DNA from: Planctomycetota bacterium
Lineage (GTDB): Bacteria; Planctomycetota; Planctomycetia; Pirellulales; UBA1268
Length of the DNA stretch: 64,000 bases
NCBI GenBank assembly: GCA_037133115.1
Contig: JBAXOU010000001.1
Location: forward strand, 5,888 to 69,887
Direction of reading: 5' to 3'
Under the pieces are notes generated by a model. The model saw only the letters and a list, made by a program, of their open reading frames with translations, made no database searches and had not been told where the DNA came from. A program made the position numbers and the translations under genes. Numbering within the stretch: position 1 is the stretch's first letter; every line of letters begins with the position of its first letter. This document shows, piece by piece, positions 36,135 through 47,324 of the stretch.

Positions 36135-37703
36135 ATGACGTACGCGCTGCTCGGCCTGATCGCCTTGGTGCTGCTCTTGGGGCTCGTCGCCTTTGGCGTC
36201 GGCCACAAGCGGTGGAGTTGGGGCACGTTGATCGCGGCCTTCCTGGTTCTGCTCACGGCAGCGGGCTATCTGTACGTCGCCTCGAGGTTTGCGGCGTACG
36301 AGTGGTCGTGGGCGAACTTCGTGCGCTCGAAGCAGGTGCAGCTCGCCAAAGTTCGCGACGCCCTCGTCCCCGATCCGGCAGCCGGCGGCAGGCTGAAGGG
36401 GATGGCTGGCGGGGACGGGGAACTCCAAGCCAAGCCGGTCGCCGAACTCGTCAAGGAGCGGGAACGCTGGCAGCGGGCCCTCGACAGGATCGACACCTGG
36501 CGCGACCGCTCGTGGGCGAAGGCGTCGTTCACGCCCCCGAAGGCCGACGGAGCCACCGGGAAACTCGAGATCCCGTTCGCCACCGCGGCGCCGCCCGCAG
36601 CCGAAGGGGATGCCGCCGCCCCCGAACCGCCGAAGCCTGGCAATCCGCCACTCGATCCGGGAACCACCGTCTACCTCTTCGAAGACGTTCCCGCCCAAGA
36701 GGGAGGCCGCTACCTCGGCGCCTTCCTCGTCCAAGCTGCCGATGTCGACGCGCCGGCGGGCCACTACGTGTTCACGGTCGAACCGACCGAGCAGCGCGAC
36801 GCCTACGACACCGCCGTCTGGGGCCGCGCGTACGATTCAGTGACGGTGTATGACACGCTCCCGACGGATCGCTGGCTTGCGTTCTCGAAGACGACCGCCC
36901 CCGAAGGCGACGCGCCGCTCGTGCCGGAGCCGACGCGGCTCACCCTCGAGCAGGTCGAGGAACTGCTCGAGGAACGAGACCGCCAGCCGACATTCCTGGC
37001 GGAGTTCGAGAAGCACGAGACCGTGGCCGACAAGGACGAATGGGAACGGATTCGCAAGCGGCTCGACGACGGCGACGAGCCGCCGGGCAGCTACTGGGCT
37101 CTCGTGAAGTTCAAGGAGTCGGCCGTCATCGCCGAAGGCATCAAAGACGAGGCCGCCGCGCGGAGTTTCGAGCCGGGCGAGACCGCCGCGTGTGACCTGC
37201 AGCGAGCGTTCGCCCTCGCCGACGAGGGCAAGGCGACGATCGAGGAGGTCCGCTACCGTCGCCGGCTCCAGGATGCCGGCACGTTCATCCACGGCTCCCG
37301 GATCTTCCGCGGCACCGGGGCCGACGCGAGCAAGGAGAGCATCGCGGCCGATGGGGTGGCTGGGCTCCTGGCGGTTCTCCGGCGGGAAATCGCCGCGCTC
37401 GACGCCTCGACCACCCGGCTGGCCGAGTCACGGGCCGACGTCGAGGCGGAACTGAAGGCCACCGCGGACCGCAGGCGGCGGCTCGCCGCCGACAAGGAGC
37501 TCTGGGACCGCGATGCCGCCGCCGCCGAACGGACGGCCGAAGGCTTTGGCACGCAGGTGGCGAGGACCAAGGAACGGCTGGCGGCCGCGGAGCAGGCGAT
37601 CGCGGCCTACGCGAACGAGCTCCGCGAGGCCGTCGGACGGCTCGTGGAGCGGATCGACGCCGTGGCTCCCGCCCCGACCCAGCCGGCAGCAGCCACGCCG
37701 TAG
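36135..37703 (+). CDS. Membrane protein with two N-terminal TM helices and a C-terminal coiled coil, hypothetical
   Basis: LLGLIALVLLLGLVAFGV and LIAAFLVLLTAAGYLYV. The C-terminus is rich in heptad-like A/E/R/L. The antisense ORF 36009..36764 is rejected. Confidence 0.7.
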   Translation: MTYALLGLIALVLLLGLVAFGVGHKRWSWGTLIAAFLVLLTAAGYLYVASRFAAYEWSWANFVRSKQVQLAKVRDALVPDPAAGGRLKGMAGGDGELQAKPVAELVKERERWQRALDRIDTWRDRSWAKASFTPPKADGATGKLEIPFATAAPPAAEGDAAAPEPPKPGNPPLDPGTTVYLFEDVPAQEGGRYLGAFLVQAADVDAPAGHYVFTVEPTEQRDAYDTAVWGRAYDSVTVYDTLPTDRWLAFSKTTAPEGDAPLVPEPTRLTLEQVEELLEERDRQPTFLAEFEKHETVADKDEWERIRKRLDDGDEPPGSYWALVKFKESAVIAEGIKDEAAARSFEPGETAACDLQRAFALADEGKATIEEVRYRRRLQDAGTFIHGSRIFRGTGADASKESIAADGVAGLLAVLRREIAALDASTTRLAESRADVEAELKATADRRRRLAADKELWDRDAAAAERTAEGFGTQVARTKERLAAAEQAIAAYANELREAVGRLVERIDAVAPAPTQPAAATP

Positions 37704-37799
37704 CGTTTTCCGCGGCATCGACGGCAGCCGCCGCATTCGGCTACCATTCTCGGGCTGGCCGCTTCCGGGCCGGAAAAGCCCCGCAGGACGTTCTCAGAC

Positions 37800-39074
37800 A
37801 TGACCGCAGCAGCCCGCGTCGGGCACACCAACACCCACCGCCTCCGCAAGGCGGTCCACCACAACAAGCTCGCCAGCAAGCGGGGGATGCTCGAGCGGAT
37901 GTTCACGCTCTGGTTCCGCGGCTTCGTCTACAACCAGATCTGGGAGGATCCGCGGGTCGACGCCCAGGCGCTGCGGATGGGCCCGGACTCGAGCATCCTC
38001 ACGATCTCGAGCGGCGGCTGTAACGTCCTCAACTACCTCATCCACCGGCCGAAGCGGATCGTGGCGATCGACCTCAACGCCAACCACATGGCGCTGACAC
38101 GACTCAAGCTCAAAGCCCTGGAGCGGCTGCCCGACTACGAGACCTTCTACAAGTTCTTCGGCTACGGACGGCATCCCGACAACGTTGCCAACTACAACCG
38201 CTACCTGAGAGACGCGCTCGACGCCGACACGCGAGCGTTCTGGGAGACCACCGACTGGCCGGGTAAGGCGGTGGGGCCCAAGCGGATCAACTACTTCAAG
38301 ACCGGCTTCTACGAGAAGGCGAAGCTCGGCCAGTTCTTCCGCGTGGTGCACGGCCTGGCCCGCCGCATGGGCCGCGACCCCGGGCAGTTGCTCACCGCGA
38401 AGACGGTCGCCGAGCAGGAGCGGATTTTCGACGAGCAGTATTCGGCGCTGTTCGACAATCGCATCGTCCGCTGGATGGGCCGCCAGCCGGTCGCCGTCTA
38501 CAGCCTCGGGATCCCGCCGAGCCAGCACGCGGCCATGCTCGAGGAGCATGACGGCGATGGCAGTCGACTGTTCGACATGTACAAGCAGCGGCTGCGGCGG
38601 CTCGCCTGCGGCTTCCCGCTCGACGACAACTATTTCGCCTGGCAGGCCTTCGGCCGCCGCTACGATCACGAGGGCCGCAAGGCGCTTCCCGACTACCTCA
38701 AGCGGGAAAACTACGAGACGATCAAGTCGGCGGTCGGCTGCGTGGAGACGCACATCGCGTCGCTCGCCGACCAGATTCGCCACGAGAAGCCGGGCAGTCT
38801 CAACTCGTTCATCCTCCTCGACAGCCAGGACTGGATGCCCCCGCCGGTGATCGACGAACTCTGGACGGAGATTTCCAAGGTCGGCGCTCCGGGAACGCGG
38901 GTGATCTTTCGTACGGCCGGCGAAGCCTCGCCGATCGAGAAGGCGCTCTCGCCAGCCACCATGGCCCGGTTCCGTTCGCACGCCGCCGAGGCCAGGGCCC
39001 TGAGTGCGCAGGACCGCTCCGCGATCTACGGCATGTTCCACCTCTACGAGCTTGCGGAACCGGCAGCGTCATGA
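37800..39074 (+). CDS. btaA: BtaA-like S-adenosylmethionine:diacylglycerol 3-amino-3-carboxypropyl transferase (DUF3419 family)
   Basis: FVYNQIWEDPRVDAQALRMGPDSSILTISSGGCNVLNYL...VAIDLNANHMALTRLKL matches the DUF3419/BtaA N-terminal pattern. Confidence 0.8.
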   Translation: MTAAARVGHTNTHRLRKAVHHNKLASKRGMLERMFTLWFRGFVYNQIWEDPRVDAQALRMGPDSSILTISSGGCNVLNYLIHRPKRIVAIDLNANHMALTRLKLKALERLPDYETFYKFFGYGRHPDNVANYNRYLRDALDADTRAFWETTDWPGKAVGPKRINYFKTGFYEKAKLGQFFRVVHGLARRMGRDPGQLLTAKTVAEQERIFDEQYSALFDNRIVRWMGRQPVAVYSLGIPPSQHAAMLEEHDGDGSRLFDMYKQRLRRLACGFPLDDNYFAWQAFGRRYDHEGRKALPDYLKRENYETIKSAVGCVETHIASLADQIRHEKPGSLNSFILLDSQDWMPPPVIDELWTEISKVGAPGTRVIFRTAGEASPIEKALSPATMARFRSHAAEARALSAQDRSAIYGMFHLYELAEPAAS

Positions 39075-39745
39075 GCGAGTCCGGTGCCGCCGACCAGGCT
39101 GTGGCGATGGATCAGATGTACCGCGTCACGCGGCATATCTACGACGTCACGCGAGCCTACTACCTGCTCGGCCGCGACCGGATGCTGGCCAAGGTGGTCA
39201 CGAATCCGAGCACGGCCACGCTCGAAGTGGGCTGCGGCACGGCCCGCAACCTGATCAAGCTTGCCCGCCGGGCCGAACCCGGGCTGCTCTGCGGCCTCGA
39301 CGCCTCCCAGGAGATGCTCGACACAGCGGCGGCCAGCATAGCCCGTGCGGGCGTGCCGGCCGCGGGCCACGAGCGAATCCGGCTCCGGCAGGGGCTCGCG
39401 GAGCGCCTCGACGCGAAGACGATGTTCGGCCGGGACGAGCCCTTCGACACGATCTTCTTTTCGTACTGCCTGTCGATGGTGCCCACGTGGCCGGGGGCGA
39501 TCGAGGCGGCGATGGCCAACCTGAAGACGGGGGGCCACCTGGTGATCGTCGACTTCTGGGACCAGAAGGATCTGCCGGGAGTCTTCGCCGCCGGCCTGAA
39601 GAAGTGGCTCTCGCTCTTCCACGTGCACTATCGCCCGGAGGTGCACGACGCTCTCGCGGCCCTCGGCACGTCAGGCCGCGCCGACGTGACGTTCGAGTCG
39701 GTGCAGAAGCGTTACGCCTACATCGCGTCGCTCAAGAAGCGCTGA
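39071..39745 (+). CDS. btaB: BtaB-like SAM-dependent N-methyltransferase
   Basis: YDVTRAYYLLGRDRML then LEVGCGTARNL (SAM motif I). ATGA overlap with the btaA stop. Confidence 0.75.
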   Translation: MSESGAADQAVAMDQMYRVTRHIYDVTRAYYLLGRDRMLAKVVTNPSTATLEVGCGTARNLIKLARRAEPGLLCGLDASQEMLDTAAASIARAGVPAAGHERIRLRQGLAERLDAKTMFGRDEPFDTIFFSYCLSMVPTWPGAIEAAMANLKTGGHLVIVDFWDQKDLPGVFAAGLKKWLSLFHVHYRPEVHDALAALGTSGRADVTFESVQKRYAYIASLKKR

Positions 39746-39756
39746 CGCCACTCCCC

Positions 39757-39918
39757 GTAGCACAATCCCGTAGGTGCAGGTTGGTAATCTGCCCATGAAG
39801 CCGACGTGGGAAATCATCCGCAGGTTGCCAACCTGCGGCTACTGGGTTCGCCCTCGCTTCCCGATCCGCAGGTTACCAACCTGCGGCTACTCGTAGGTGC
39901 AGGTTGGTAACCTGCACC
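39757..39918. repeat. Cluster of four palindromic hairpin repeats plus a half-site remnant
   Basis: Remnant GTAGCACAA (39757-39765). GGTGCAGGTTGGTAATCTGCCC (39773-39794, degenerate). CCGCAGGTTGCCAACCTGCGGCTAC (39818-39842). CCGCAGGTTACCAACCTGCGGCTAC (39866-39890). GTAGGTGCAGGTTGGTAACCTGCACC (39893-39918). Confidence 0.9.
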
Positions 39919-39938
39919 ACACGTCGCGAAAGTCCGGC

Positions 39939-40775
39939 TTACGGGAACAGGAACACGAGGCCGGTGACCGTGGCCGCCTCGACGGCCATGCCGCGGAGGC
40001 TGATCGGGATCGCCGGCACGGTCCACGGAGCACAGCTGCCCGGGCGGTAGTAGCCGAGCGGATAGACGCACTCCCAGGGCAACTCCACGCCCATCTTGTA
40101 GGGCAGCACGGGGAGCGTGGTGAAGAAGTGGGCGGCCGAGAAGAACGGGTCGGCCAGCGGTCCGTGCGAATGGCCGTACCGCTCCAGCTGCCAGTCCTCG
40201 AAGTAGAGCGGCTTGTGGCAGTAGCCCGCCGCCTTCCAGGTGAACATCGTGGTGGCAAACCGCCGCGGCTCGAAGGTCTCTCCCTCGAGCCGGCACTCAC
40301 ATGGGTAGTCGTTGCCGGGCCGCCCGCCGACGCGAATGTCGAGGTCAATCCCGGTGATCCGGTCGTCGCGGAGCCTCTGGAGCGCCTCGCGGCAGTCGCG
40401 GCTCTCTTCGGCGCACGGCTCCTTGCGGGGCTTCTCATCGTCGTCGGCGACCAGGTCGATCACCGGCTCCTCCTCGGCCGCAGCGGCATCGGCCACAACC
40501 GCCCGCACCGCCTCGTCGACCTCGGGAAGCGCGGCGGGCTCGGGCTCGGTCGTCAGCTCGGCGGCGCCGGTGGCCACCGTTTCGGCATCGACGTCGGCAA
40601 TCACCGGCGACACCGTACAGAACAGGACCTCGGGGGCCCTGAGAAACGTCCGCCACTCCTCGGCCGCCGCGACCGCGCCGCAGAGCAGGGCGACCGCCAG
40701 GGCCGCCGCCGCCTCACTCCGGCTTCGCGTGTTCCGCGGTGTAGTTCGGGGCTTCCTGCGTGATGACGATGTCAT
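39939..40775 (-). CDS. Conserved-looking hypothetical secreted protein (Cys/Trp/Tyr-rich C-terminal domain)
   Basis: Basic N-terminus then [16 protein letters not shown]; acidic low-complexity linker; C-terminal [25 protein letters not shown]...[19 protein letters not shown] 40775 overlaps the guaB 3' end by 62 nt. Confidence 0.65.
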   Translation of the reverse strand: MTSSSRRKPRTTPRNTRSRSEAAAALAVALLCGAVAAAEEWRTFLRAPEVLFCTVSPVIADVDAETVATGAAELTTEPEPAALPEVDEAVRAVVADAAAAEEEPVIDLVADDDEKPRKEPCAEESRDCREALQRLRDDRITGIDLDIRVGGRPGNDYPCECRLEGETFEPRRFATTMFTWKAAGYCHKPLYFEDWQLERYGHSHGPLADPFFSAAHFFTTLPVLPYKMGVELPWECVYPLGYYRPGSCAPWTVPAIPISLRGMAVEAATVTGLVFLFP

Positions 40776-42189
40776 GGGGATGGCTCTCGCGGACGCTCGC
40801 GGCGGTCACTTGGATGAATCGCGACTCGGTCCGAAGTTCGTCAATGGTCCGCGTGCCGCAGTAGCCCATCCCGGCCCGAAGGCCGCCGACGAGCTGGTAG
40901 ACGAACACGCTCATGGGCCCCTTGAAGGGCACCCGACCCTCGACTCCCTCCGGCACGAGTTTGTCACTGCCGCGGCCCGTCACCCTCTGGCGGTAGCGTT
41001 CGCTCGACCCGTGAACCATCGCCCCCAGCGATCCCATCCCGCGGTAGGCCTTGAACGTCCGCCCCTGGTAGAGGACGGTCTGCCCCGGACTTTCCGCCGT
41101 GCCCGCCAAGAGCCCGCCGATCATGCAGCAGTGGGCTCCGGCGGCGATCGCCTTGGTGATGTCTCCCGAGTAGCGAATGCCTCCGTCGGCGATCACGGGC
41201 ACGCCGGCGCCGGCCGCCTCCTGCGAGGCTTCCCAGACCGCCGTGATCTGGGGAACGCCAACACCGGAGATGACCCGCGTTGTACAGATCGACCCGGGAC
41301 CGATCCCAACTTTGACTCCATCTGCGCCAGCCTTGATGAGATCACGACAGCCTTCCCGGGTTGCCACGTTCCCCGCAACTACCTCGATCTCCCAGCGTTT
41401 CTTAATTGCCGCAACGGTCTCCACAACGTTGCCCGAGTGGCCGTGGGCGCTGTCGACGATGAGCACGTCGACTCCCTTGGCGATCACGGCCGCCGCGCGG
41501 TCGAAGTCAAACACCCCCACGGCCGCCCCGACCCGCAACCGGCCCTGCCGGTCCTTGCAGGCGTTGGGGAAGCGTTTCATCATGTCGATGTCTTTGATGG
41601 TGATCAGGCCGGTGAGCAGCCCCCGCCCATCGACGAGGAGCAGTTTCTCGACCTTGTTGGCCATCAGGATCTTCTCGGCCTCGTCGAGCGACACCGTGCC
41701 CGTCGCGGTCACGAGCCCCGACTTCGTCATGATCTCCGAGATCGGCGTCTCGCCGCTCTCCAGAAAGCGGAGGTCGCGGCGGGTGATGATCCCGACCAGC
41801 CGCCTGCCGTCGTCCGTGATCGGCACTCCAGAGATGTTCTGCTGATCCATCACGTCCCGGGCCCGGGCGACGGTGGCGGTAGGGGGCAGCGTGACCGGGT
41901 CCATGATGATCCCGTTGGCGCTCCGCTTGACCTTGTCCACCTCCTCGGCCTGCCGCTCGATGGAGAGGTTCTTATGGATCACGCCCAGCCCGCCCTCCTG
42001 GGCCAGGGCGATGGCCATCTCGCTCTCCGTCACCGTGTCCATCGGGGAGGAGACGATCGGGATCTTGAGTTCGATCCCCCGGGTGAGCCGCGTGCTGGTG
42101 TCCACGTCGGACGGCACGACCGCCGAGTACCGAGGCACCAGGAGCACATCGTCGAAGGTGATTCCGGTGGCGACGATTTTCCCGTCCAT
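40714..42189 (-). CDS. guaB: Inosine-5'-monophosphate dehydrogenase
   Basis: [14 protein letters not shown], a CBS pair, [15 protein letters not shown] catalytic loop, YRGMGS. GGGAGG RBS before ATG 42189. The tracked ORF starts at 42312. Confidence 0.95.
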   Translation of the reverse strand: MDGKIVATGITFDDVLLVPRYSAVVPSDVDTSTRLTRGIELKIPIVSSPMDTVTESEMAIALAQEGGLGVIHKNLSIERQAEEVDKVKRSANGIIMDPVTLPPTATVARARDVMDQQNISGVPITDDGRRLVGIITRRDLRFLESGETPISEIMTKSGLVTATGTVSLDEAEKILMANKVEKLLLVDGRGLLTGLITIKDIDMMKRFPNACKDRQGRLRVGAAVGVFDFDRAAAVIAKGVDVLIVDSAHGHSGNVVETVAAIKKRWEIEVVAGNVATREGCRDLIKAGADGVKVGIGPGSICTTRVISGVGVPQITAVWEASQEAAGAGVPVIADGGIRYSGDITKAIAAGAHCCMIGGLLAGTAESPGQTVLYQGRTFKAYRGMGSLGAMVHGSSERYRQRVTGRGSDKLVPEGVEGRVPFKGPMSVFVYQLVGGLRAGMGYCGTRTIDELRTESRFIQVTAASVRESHPHDIVITQEAPNYTAEHAKPE

Positions 42190-42395
42190 GAGGCCTCCCT
42201 GGCTGCGAATCGCGAATGAGGAAAAGTCGCGGATTATGAGGCCCAGGCCGCCGAAACGGCAACGACGAACGCACCACGGGCCTGTTTCCGCGGACGGCAG
42301 CTGCGGCCGCACGGCGCGAAAGCGTGTCCTAGGTTTGTGGTGCCCTTCGAAACCGGCGCACGCCGGGGGCAGCCTTCGTCCCTTCCGGTCACGCC

Positions 42396-43079
42396 ATGCG
42401 TTTCGTCGACGACTCCGGTTCCACGCTTCCCGGCCCCGTCCTGCGGGCGATTCCCGTCCCCCAGGAACAGTCCGCCGCCCCCGATCGGGCGCTGATGGAG
42501 GCCCACCTGGCCCGCAGCCGATACGGGAGCTTCACGCTCACCGAGGCAGTCCGGCCGGGCTGGCAGCTCGACGTGGTGCCTCAGGCCGGCTACCGCCATG
42601 ACGCCTACATCGACCCGCGGACCGGCGGCCGGATGCCGGCCGTGATTGCCGCCATCTCCAGCGAGGACCTGTTCGCCACGTTCCTCGATCTGCTCGAGCC
42701 ACTCGGCGACAGCTGCGACGTGGTCCTCGAGTCGTCGCACGACTCGACAACCGACCGCCGCGAGCTCACCCGCGAGGGCGTGGAGCGGCTCGTGCTCGAG
42801 AGCGTGCTCTGGGAATACGAGGACCTCCTGCTCAATGACGGCTGCACGTCGATCGCCGTCATGCACCCGCACCTTTCGCTGGAGGTCCAGTTCGACGAGC
42901 ACAAACTGCTCGTGGTCTACGCCCAGTCGCGGCTCCCCTTTGAGCGAGTCCTCAAGGGCCGGGGAATCGAGCGAAACGACCGAATCCGTTTCATCTCGCA
43001 GGGCGAGCACCTCCACACCTCGCACGCCCGCCACGCGCTTCAGTTCGAGGATCTCGCCGGCCGGCTGGGCGCGTGCTGA
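42396..43079 (+). CDS. Hypothetical protein (227 aa)
   Basis: Balanced composition with no recognised motif. The antisense ORF 42234..43034 is V/D/E/R/G-rich and was rejected. Confidence 0.55.
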   Translation: MRFVDDSGSTLPGPVLRAIPVPQEQSAAPDRALMEAHLARSRYGSFTLTEAVRPGWQLDVVPQAGYRHDAYIDPRTGGRMPAVIAAISSEDLFATFLDLLEPLGDSCDVVLESSHDSTTDRRELTREGVERLVLESVLWEYEDLLLNDGCTSIAVMHPHLSLEVQFDEHKLLVVYAQSRLPFERVLKGRGIERNDRIRFISQGEHLHTSHARHALQFEDLAGRLGAC

Positions 43080-43100
43080 GCGACCAACCGCCGGTCAGGT

Positions 43101-44084
43101 TCACCGGCTGATCGCTTCGCCGCCGGCACGGCTCACGAGCGCCTGGAGCACCGCGGGCTCGATGATGTCGTCGAGCGGCCTGACGGATGCGTCACCTGCC
43201 AGCACCTGCACGACGCCGCCGCCGATCCGCGACCGGGGTTTGAGCGACTGCTCGAGGGGGCTTCCCGTCGAGCCCAGGCCACTGCCGGTGAATCGGCCGC
43301 AGTCGGAGCCGTAGGGCCAGGAATAGCGCGGCGACGCCCAGGTGCAGCCGCCGTCGAGCGTGTAGTCGCCGCTTTCGGCGATCATCAACGTTCGCGAAAG
43401 GCCGTCGGTCACGTCCTTCAGCCGCGTCGGCTTCGCGGCGATCGCGACGGTGTAGCTCGAACCGCCCTCGATCCAGCCGAGCCCCTCGGGCACGAGGATG
43501 CCGGAGAACTCGCGCGGCGAAACAGACGACGCGTAGTACCAGCGATCGAGTCGTCGCTCCGGATCGGGCAGGGCAGGGCCCGCACCGAGCAGGGCGGCGA
43601 AGTCGAGACCGCCGGCGGCGTGCGAGCGACCGTTGTAGATCGGCACCCGCTGGTCGACGATCTCCGGCTCCTGGTCCTCGGGCCGGCAGGCGAGGCAGTA
43701 GGCCTCGTAGATGGCCGCCAACGCGGGCTCCTCGATGAATCCCAGGATCGCGATCGACCACGACTGGGGCCTGATGAAGCCATCCATCTCGCCGGCGGCG
43801 TAGGCGTCGGTGTTCTCCTTGTGCGACACGGTGCCCGGCCGCGGGCGGCCCGACGCGAACGGCAAGGCCCCCTTGGCGTCGTGGTGCGCGATGATCGCGA
43901 TGCCGATCTGCCGGAGGTCGTTCTGGGTGCTCGCCCGGGCGGCCGCCTGACGGGCCTGCTGCACGGCCGGCAGCACGAGGCCGATCAGCGACGCGATGAT
44001 CGCCACCACGACGAGCAACTCGACGAGGCTAAAGCCGTCACGGCGCAGGCGAGCAGCCATCGGCGCGGTCCGCGAGACATTCAT
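43101..44084 (-). CDS. Divergent DUF1559-like pseudopilin protein
   Basis: [35 protein letters not shown]. The C-terminal motif is degenerate ([14 protein letters not shown] instead of H-X9-DG). ATGA overlap with the upstream giant gene. Confidence 0.8.
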   Translation of the reverse strand: MNVSRTAPMAARLRRDGFSLVELLVVVAIIASLIGLVLPAVQQARQAAARASTQNDLRQIGIAIIAHHDAKGALPFASGRPRPGTVSHKENTDAYAAGEMDGFIRPQSWSIAILGFIEEPALAAIYEAYCLACRPEDQEPEIVDQRVPIYNGRSHAAGGLDFAALLGAGPALPDPERRLDRWYYASSVSPREFSGILVPEGLGWIEGGSSYTVAIAAKPTRLKDVTDGLSRTLMIAESGDYTLDGGCTWASPRYSWPYGSDCGRFTGSGLGSTGSPLEQSLKPRSRIGGGVVQVLAGDASVRPLDDIIEPAVLQALVSRAGGEAISR

Positions 44085-47000
44085 TCCCCAACGGTGCTAT
44101 CGGCCGGACCTCCGGTCAACTTCGGCCCAAACCCCCGGAAACGCACCTCTCCCCGACGCCACACAACCGGACTCGACCACCGGCGGGCCAAGGCCGCGAG
44201 GGCGACGGCGGCAGACCAGCCCCACGGCACAATCGGTTCGGGGACGGCCGCCACCTGCGACACCGCGACGGGTAGATAGACGCCAGTGTCGTAGAGCCCC
44301 GTCGCGAAAAACTCACTGGCGTCGAGGATGTCCAGCACGCCGTCGTAGTTGAAATCACCATCCTGCCAGTCGACCGGGATCCCCGTGTCGAATCGGTTGC
44401 CGGCGACGAAGTTCGCGGCGTCGAGGATGTCCACGGCGCCGTCGATGTTGGTGTCTCCGTTCGCGGCGAAGCCCACGCTCAGCGTGCCGTCCGCGTTGGC
44501 GCGCCAGCCGACCGAACGGCCTGAGCCGGCCACCGCCACGGCCGCTGAGGTGATGCCACTCGAGCCTGACCAGAGGCCCGTACCCCTCCCGGCCAGAATG
44601 TCGGCCTTGAGTTCTGCAGCAGTACTCCCGCCGGCGGTGATGTCGATCCGGCCGGCGCCGAGGTCGAGACGGGCCGCCTTTGCCTGGTCGACCGACAGCA
44701 GCGACACGACCAGTGTCCCCGCCGCGTTGGACGGCAGCGTCAGCGTGCCACCAACGACGGTGATCCGGCCGGCCGTCGAGCCGGAAGCCAGCGACGCGGC
44801 CGAAGACGCCTCCAGCGTGCCCGCCAGGAGCGTGGTGCCGCCCGCATACGAGTTGGCACCGGCGAGCACGAGCCGCCCGGAGCCCGTCTTCACCAGGCCG
44901 CCCGTCCCGCTGATCGTCCGCGCGATCGTGAGGATGCCCGCGTCCACGCCGATCCCGGTCGAACCCGATCCCAGCACCAGGCGACCGCTGCCGGAGGCGA
45001 GCGTGCTCGTGCCCGAGAGGCTCCGAAGCGCCCCGCCGCTGCCGCTGACACCGAGCCCTTGAAGCGTGAGCGTGCCGTTGGCGAGGCCGAGGCCCACGCC
45101 CGAGAGTTGCAATGCCGCTCCCAAAGAAACGTTGGCGTCGTTGAAGGACCAGCCGAGGGCGTCGGCATTGGTGAGCCGTGTCGCACCCTCGGCAAGCGAC
45201 CAACTCGCCTTGAAGGCATTCACGCCGCCACTGGTGGCGGCGAGCGTGAGCGTGCCGCTGCCGGCCTTCTGGAGCGTGCCGATGCTGGACGCGGTCGTGC
45301 CCAGCCGGGCGTTGACGACGAGCTGGCTCGTGCCCCGCACGTCCCAGACCTGCGACGCCCCCAGGATCAGGTCGCCGGAGGCCCCTGAACCGCCGGCGTC
45401 GCCGGTGATCGTCTGGCTGCCCGAAAAGACCGTGATGCCGTTCACGCCCAGCGTGAGCTGGCCATGCGTGCCCCCCACCCGGAGCGTGAGCGGGGCCGTG
45501 GGGGCATCGAACTGCACGCTGTTCACGGTGGTGGTGGCGCCGGGACGCGTTGTCAGGGCTGTCGAACCAGCCACGTTGAACACCACGTCGGTCCGGGCCG
45601 ATGGCGCGGTCGAGTTGGTTCGCGTGCCGAGTGTCCGCGACCAGTTCGTCCAGCCACCGGTGCCGCTGGTCCAACTGGCGCCCTGATCGCCCACCCAGAA
45701 GCGGAGATCGACGCCTGACGCCCGACGCTCGGCAAGCTGGGCCTTGTAGAGGCTGTCGGTCGGATTGTTCGCCGTGTCGCCGAGGCTCACCCGCGTGCCG
45801 AGCGAATCGTAGGTGCCCACCTTCCCGCCTTCGGTCATGAGCGTGCCCACCGAGCCGATCAGCCAGTTCGTGGCCGTGGGCGGATTCTGCACGATGAAGC
45901 TGTCGGCCTTGGAGTTCCAGACCGCGGAGTTCGCCCCCGCCCAGCCGTGGCCGGTGCCCATATTGCCACGGTCGCGAATGTTGATCTGATCGCCCGACAC
46001 CGAAATGGTGTCGAAGAGAATCCCGCTCGCCCACCGCTGGTGAGGCCCCGTGTCGGCATTGGCGGAGACAGCCGTACTGCTCACGAAGACCGACGGCCCC
46101 GTGACGTTCGATCCCGTCACGAAGTCGTGCCGTCCCTCGGAGGCGGTGGAGTCGGTCACCAGGACGAGCTGCCCGTCCTCGATGTTATAGGTGTAGCGGC
46201 GGCTGCCCGTGATCGTCCCGGTGGCGAGCACCGACCGGGCCTCGCTCGTGGTCACGAACTTCGCATCGGCCGCCGCGAGCGTGGCCGCGTAGGGGAAGTA
46301 GCGGGCCTCGATCTGCCGGATGAACACGTTCTCCGCGGCCTCGACGCCCACGAAGCTCCAGGCCCGCGCCTCGTTGAGCTCGTCGCGGGTCGCGAGCGAC
46401 TGCCCCACGAGGTTCTCGACGCCGACGTTGGTGATCCGCCCGCCCGACGTGAAGCCGTTGTAGCGCTGGATCGTGCCGCCGCCGTAGACCGTCTCAATCG
46501 CAGAGGTGATCGGCGCATCGACGAACACGCGGTTGCCCTCGATCCGGGTGATCACGCGGTCGGAGTTCTGCTGCCGGTCGCCCGGCTGCCACGGGTTGTC
46601 GAGCAGGTTCATGCCGTTGGCGTTGATCCACGCCTGATTGCTCGTCCAGTTGACGTTGATCGTGTGGCCGACCGACAGCCCCGCCGTGGAAGCGACGTTG
46701 AAGCTCGTGGCTCCGACGGGCACCCGCGAGTCGGCGATCGCGACCTTCGAGAAGCCCGAGTAGTTCGGGGAGGCCGACGTGCTGCCGATCGAGATCACGT
46801 CGCGGGTGCTGGTGCCGGTGGCGATCAGCCGCGACGCCGACCCGGACGTGAGATCCCGGCCCGAGCCGCGGAGCACGACGCCGCTGGCCGCGATCGTGAG
46901 CTGACCCGCGATCTCGAAGTCGCCCGGGCCGAGTTGCACCGTGCCGCGGTAGCCATTCGCCTGCAAGGGCAGCGAAGCCACCGCGTTGATTGCCGTCTGG

Positions 47001-47263
47001 ATTCGCGACGTGGTGTCGCCGGTGGTCGCCGTCACGGTGACCATCACGGGCGGCGTGGCCGGCAGGTCGGTCCAGCCCGCGCCGTAGCCCACCATCGAGA
47101 AGTCGGGGATCCGGTCGCCGTCGTCCTGCTGGCGGTAGGCGAGCCCGCCGTCCGCTCCTCGCCAGACCCAGGTGCTCGTCGCGCCACTAGCCCGGTGAGC
47201 CACCAGGGCCGCCACCATCATCAAGGCGACCCGAAGAACGGCCGGTGGTGCGTTTCCGGTCAC
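44081..47263 (-). CDS. Large surface protein: beta-helix-like N-terminal region, autotransporter-associated beta-strand repeats, dockerin-like pair, PEP-CTERM motif
   Basis: GTG 47263 gives the signal peptide [27 protein letters not shown]|[35 protein letters not shown] repeats. [17 protein letters not shown]...[40 protein letters not shown]. The tracked start at 47437 would overlap the upstream gene. The beta-helix call is tentative. Confidence 0.85.
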   Translation of the reverse strand: MTGNAPPAVLRVALMMVAALVAHRASGATSTWVWRGADGGLAYRQQDDGDRIPDFSMVGYGAGWTDLPATPPVMVTVTATTGDTTSRIQTAINAVASLPLQANGYRGTVQLGPGDFEIAGQLTIAASGVVLRGSGRDLTSGSASRLIATGTSTRDVISIGSTSASPNYSGFSKVAIADSRVPVGATSFNVASTAGLSVGHTINVNWTSNQAWINANGMNLLDNPWQPGDRQQNSDRVITRIEGNRVFVDAPITSAIETVYGGGTIQRYNGFTSGGRITNVGVENLVGQSLATRDELNEARAWSFVGVEAAENVFIRQIEARYFPYAATLAAADAKFVTTSEARSVLATGTITGSRRYTYNIEDGQLVLVTDSTASEGRHDFVTGSNVTGPSVFVSSTAVSANADTGPHQRWASGILFDTISVSGDQINIRDRGNMGTGHGWAGANSAVWNSKADSFIVQNPPTATNWLIGSVGTLMTEGGKVGTYDSLGTRVSLGDTANNPTDSLYKAQLAERRASGVDLRFWVGDQGASWTSGTGGWTNWSRTLGTRTNSTAPSARTDVVFNVAGSTALTTRPGATTTVNSVQFDAPTAPLTLRVGGTHGQLTLGVNGITVFSGSQTITGDAGGSGASGDLILGASQVWDVRGTSQLVVNARLGTTASSIGTLQKAGSGTLTLAATSGGVNAFKASWSLAEGATRLTNADALGWSFNDANVSLGAALQLSGVGLGLANGTLTLQGLGVSGSGGALRSLSGTSTLASGSGRLVLGSGSTGIGVDAGILTIARTISGTGGLVKTGSGRLVLAGANSYAGGTTLLAGTLEASSAASLASGSTAGRITVVGGTLTLPSNAAGTLVVSLLSVDQAKAARLDLGAGRIDITAGGSTAAELKADILAGRGTGLWSGSSGITSAAVAVAGSGRSVGWRANADGTLSVGFAANGDTNIDGAVDILDAANFVAGNRFDTGIPVDWQDGDFNYDGVLDILDASEFFATGLYDTGVYLPVAVSQVAAVPEPIVPWGWSAAVALAALARRWSSPVVWRRGEVRFRGFGPKLTGGPADSTVGE

Positions 47264-47324
47264 GGCCGATGCCCCCAAGTACTCGCGGCCACTCCCCAGA
47301 GGCCGCCCCTTGTTCCAGGCGCGG

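Noticed and set aside
39928-39937. GAAAGTCCGG resembling the RNase P RNA conserved P4 string
   Set aside because: This is an isolated 10-mer just after a stop codon. No surrounding RNase P secondary-structure elements were found.
40312-42219. 635-aa + strand ORF
   Set aside because: It is antisense to guaB (catalytic loop [11 protein letters not shown] on the - strand).
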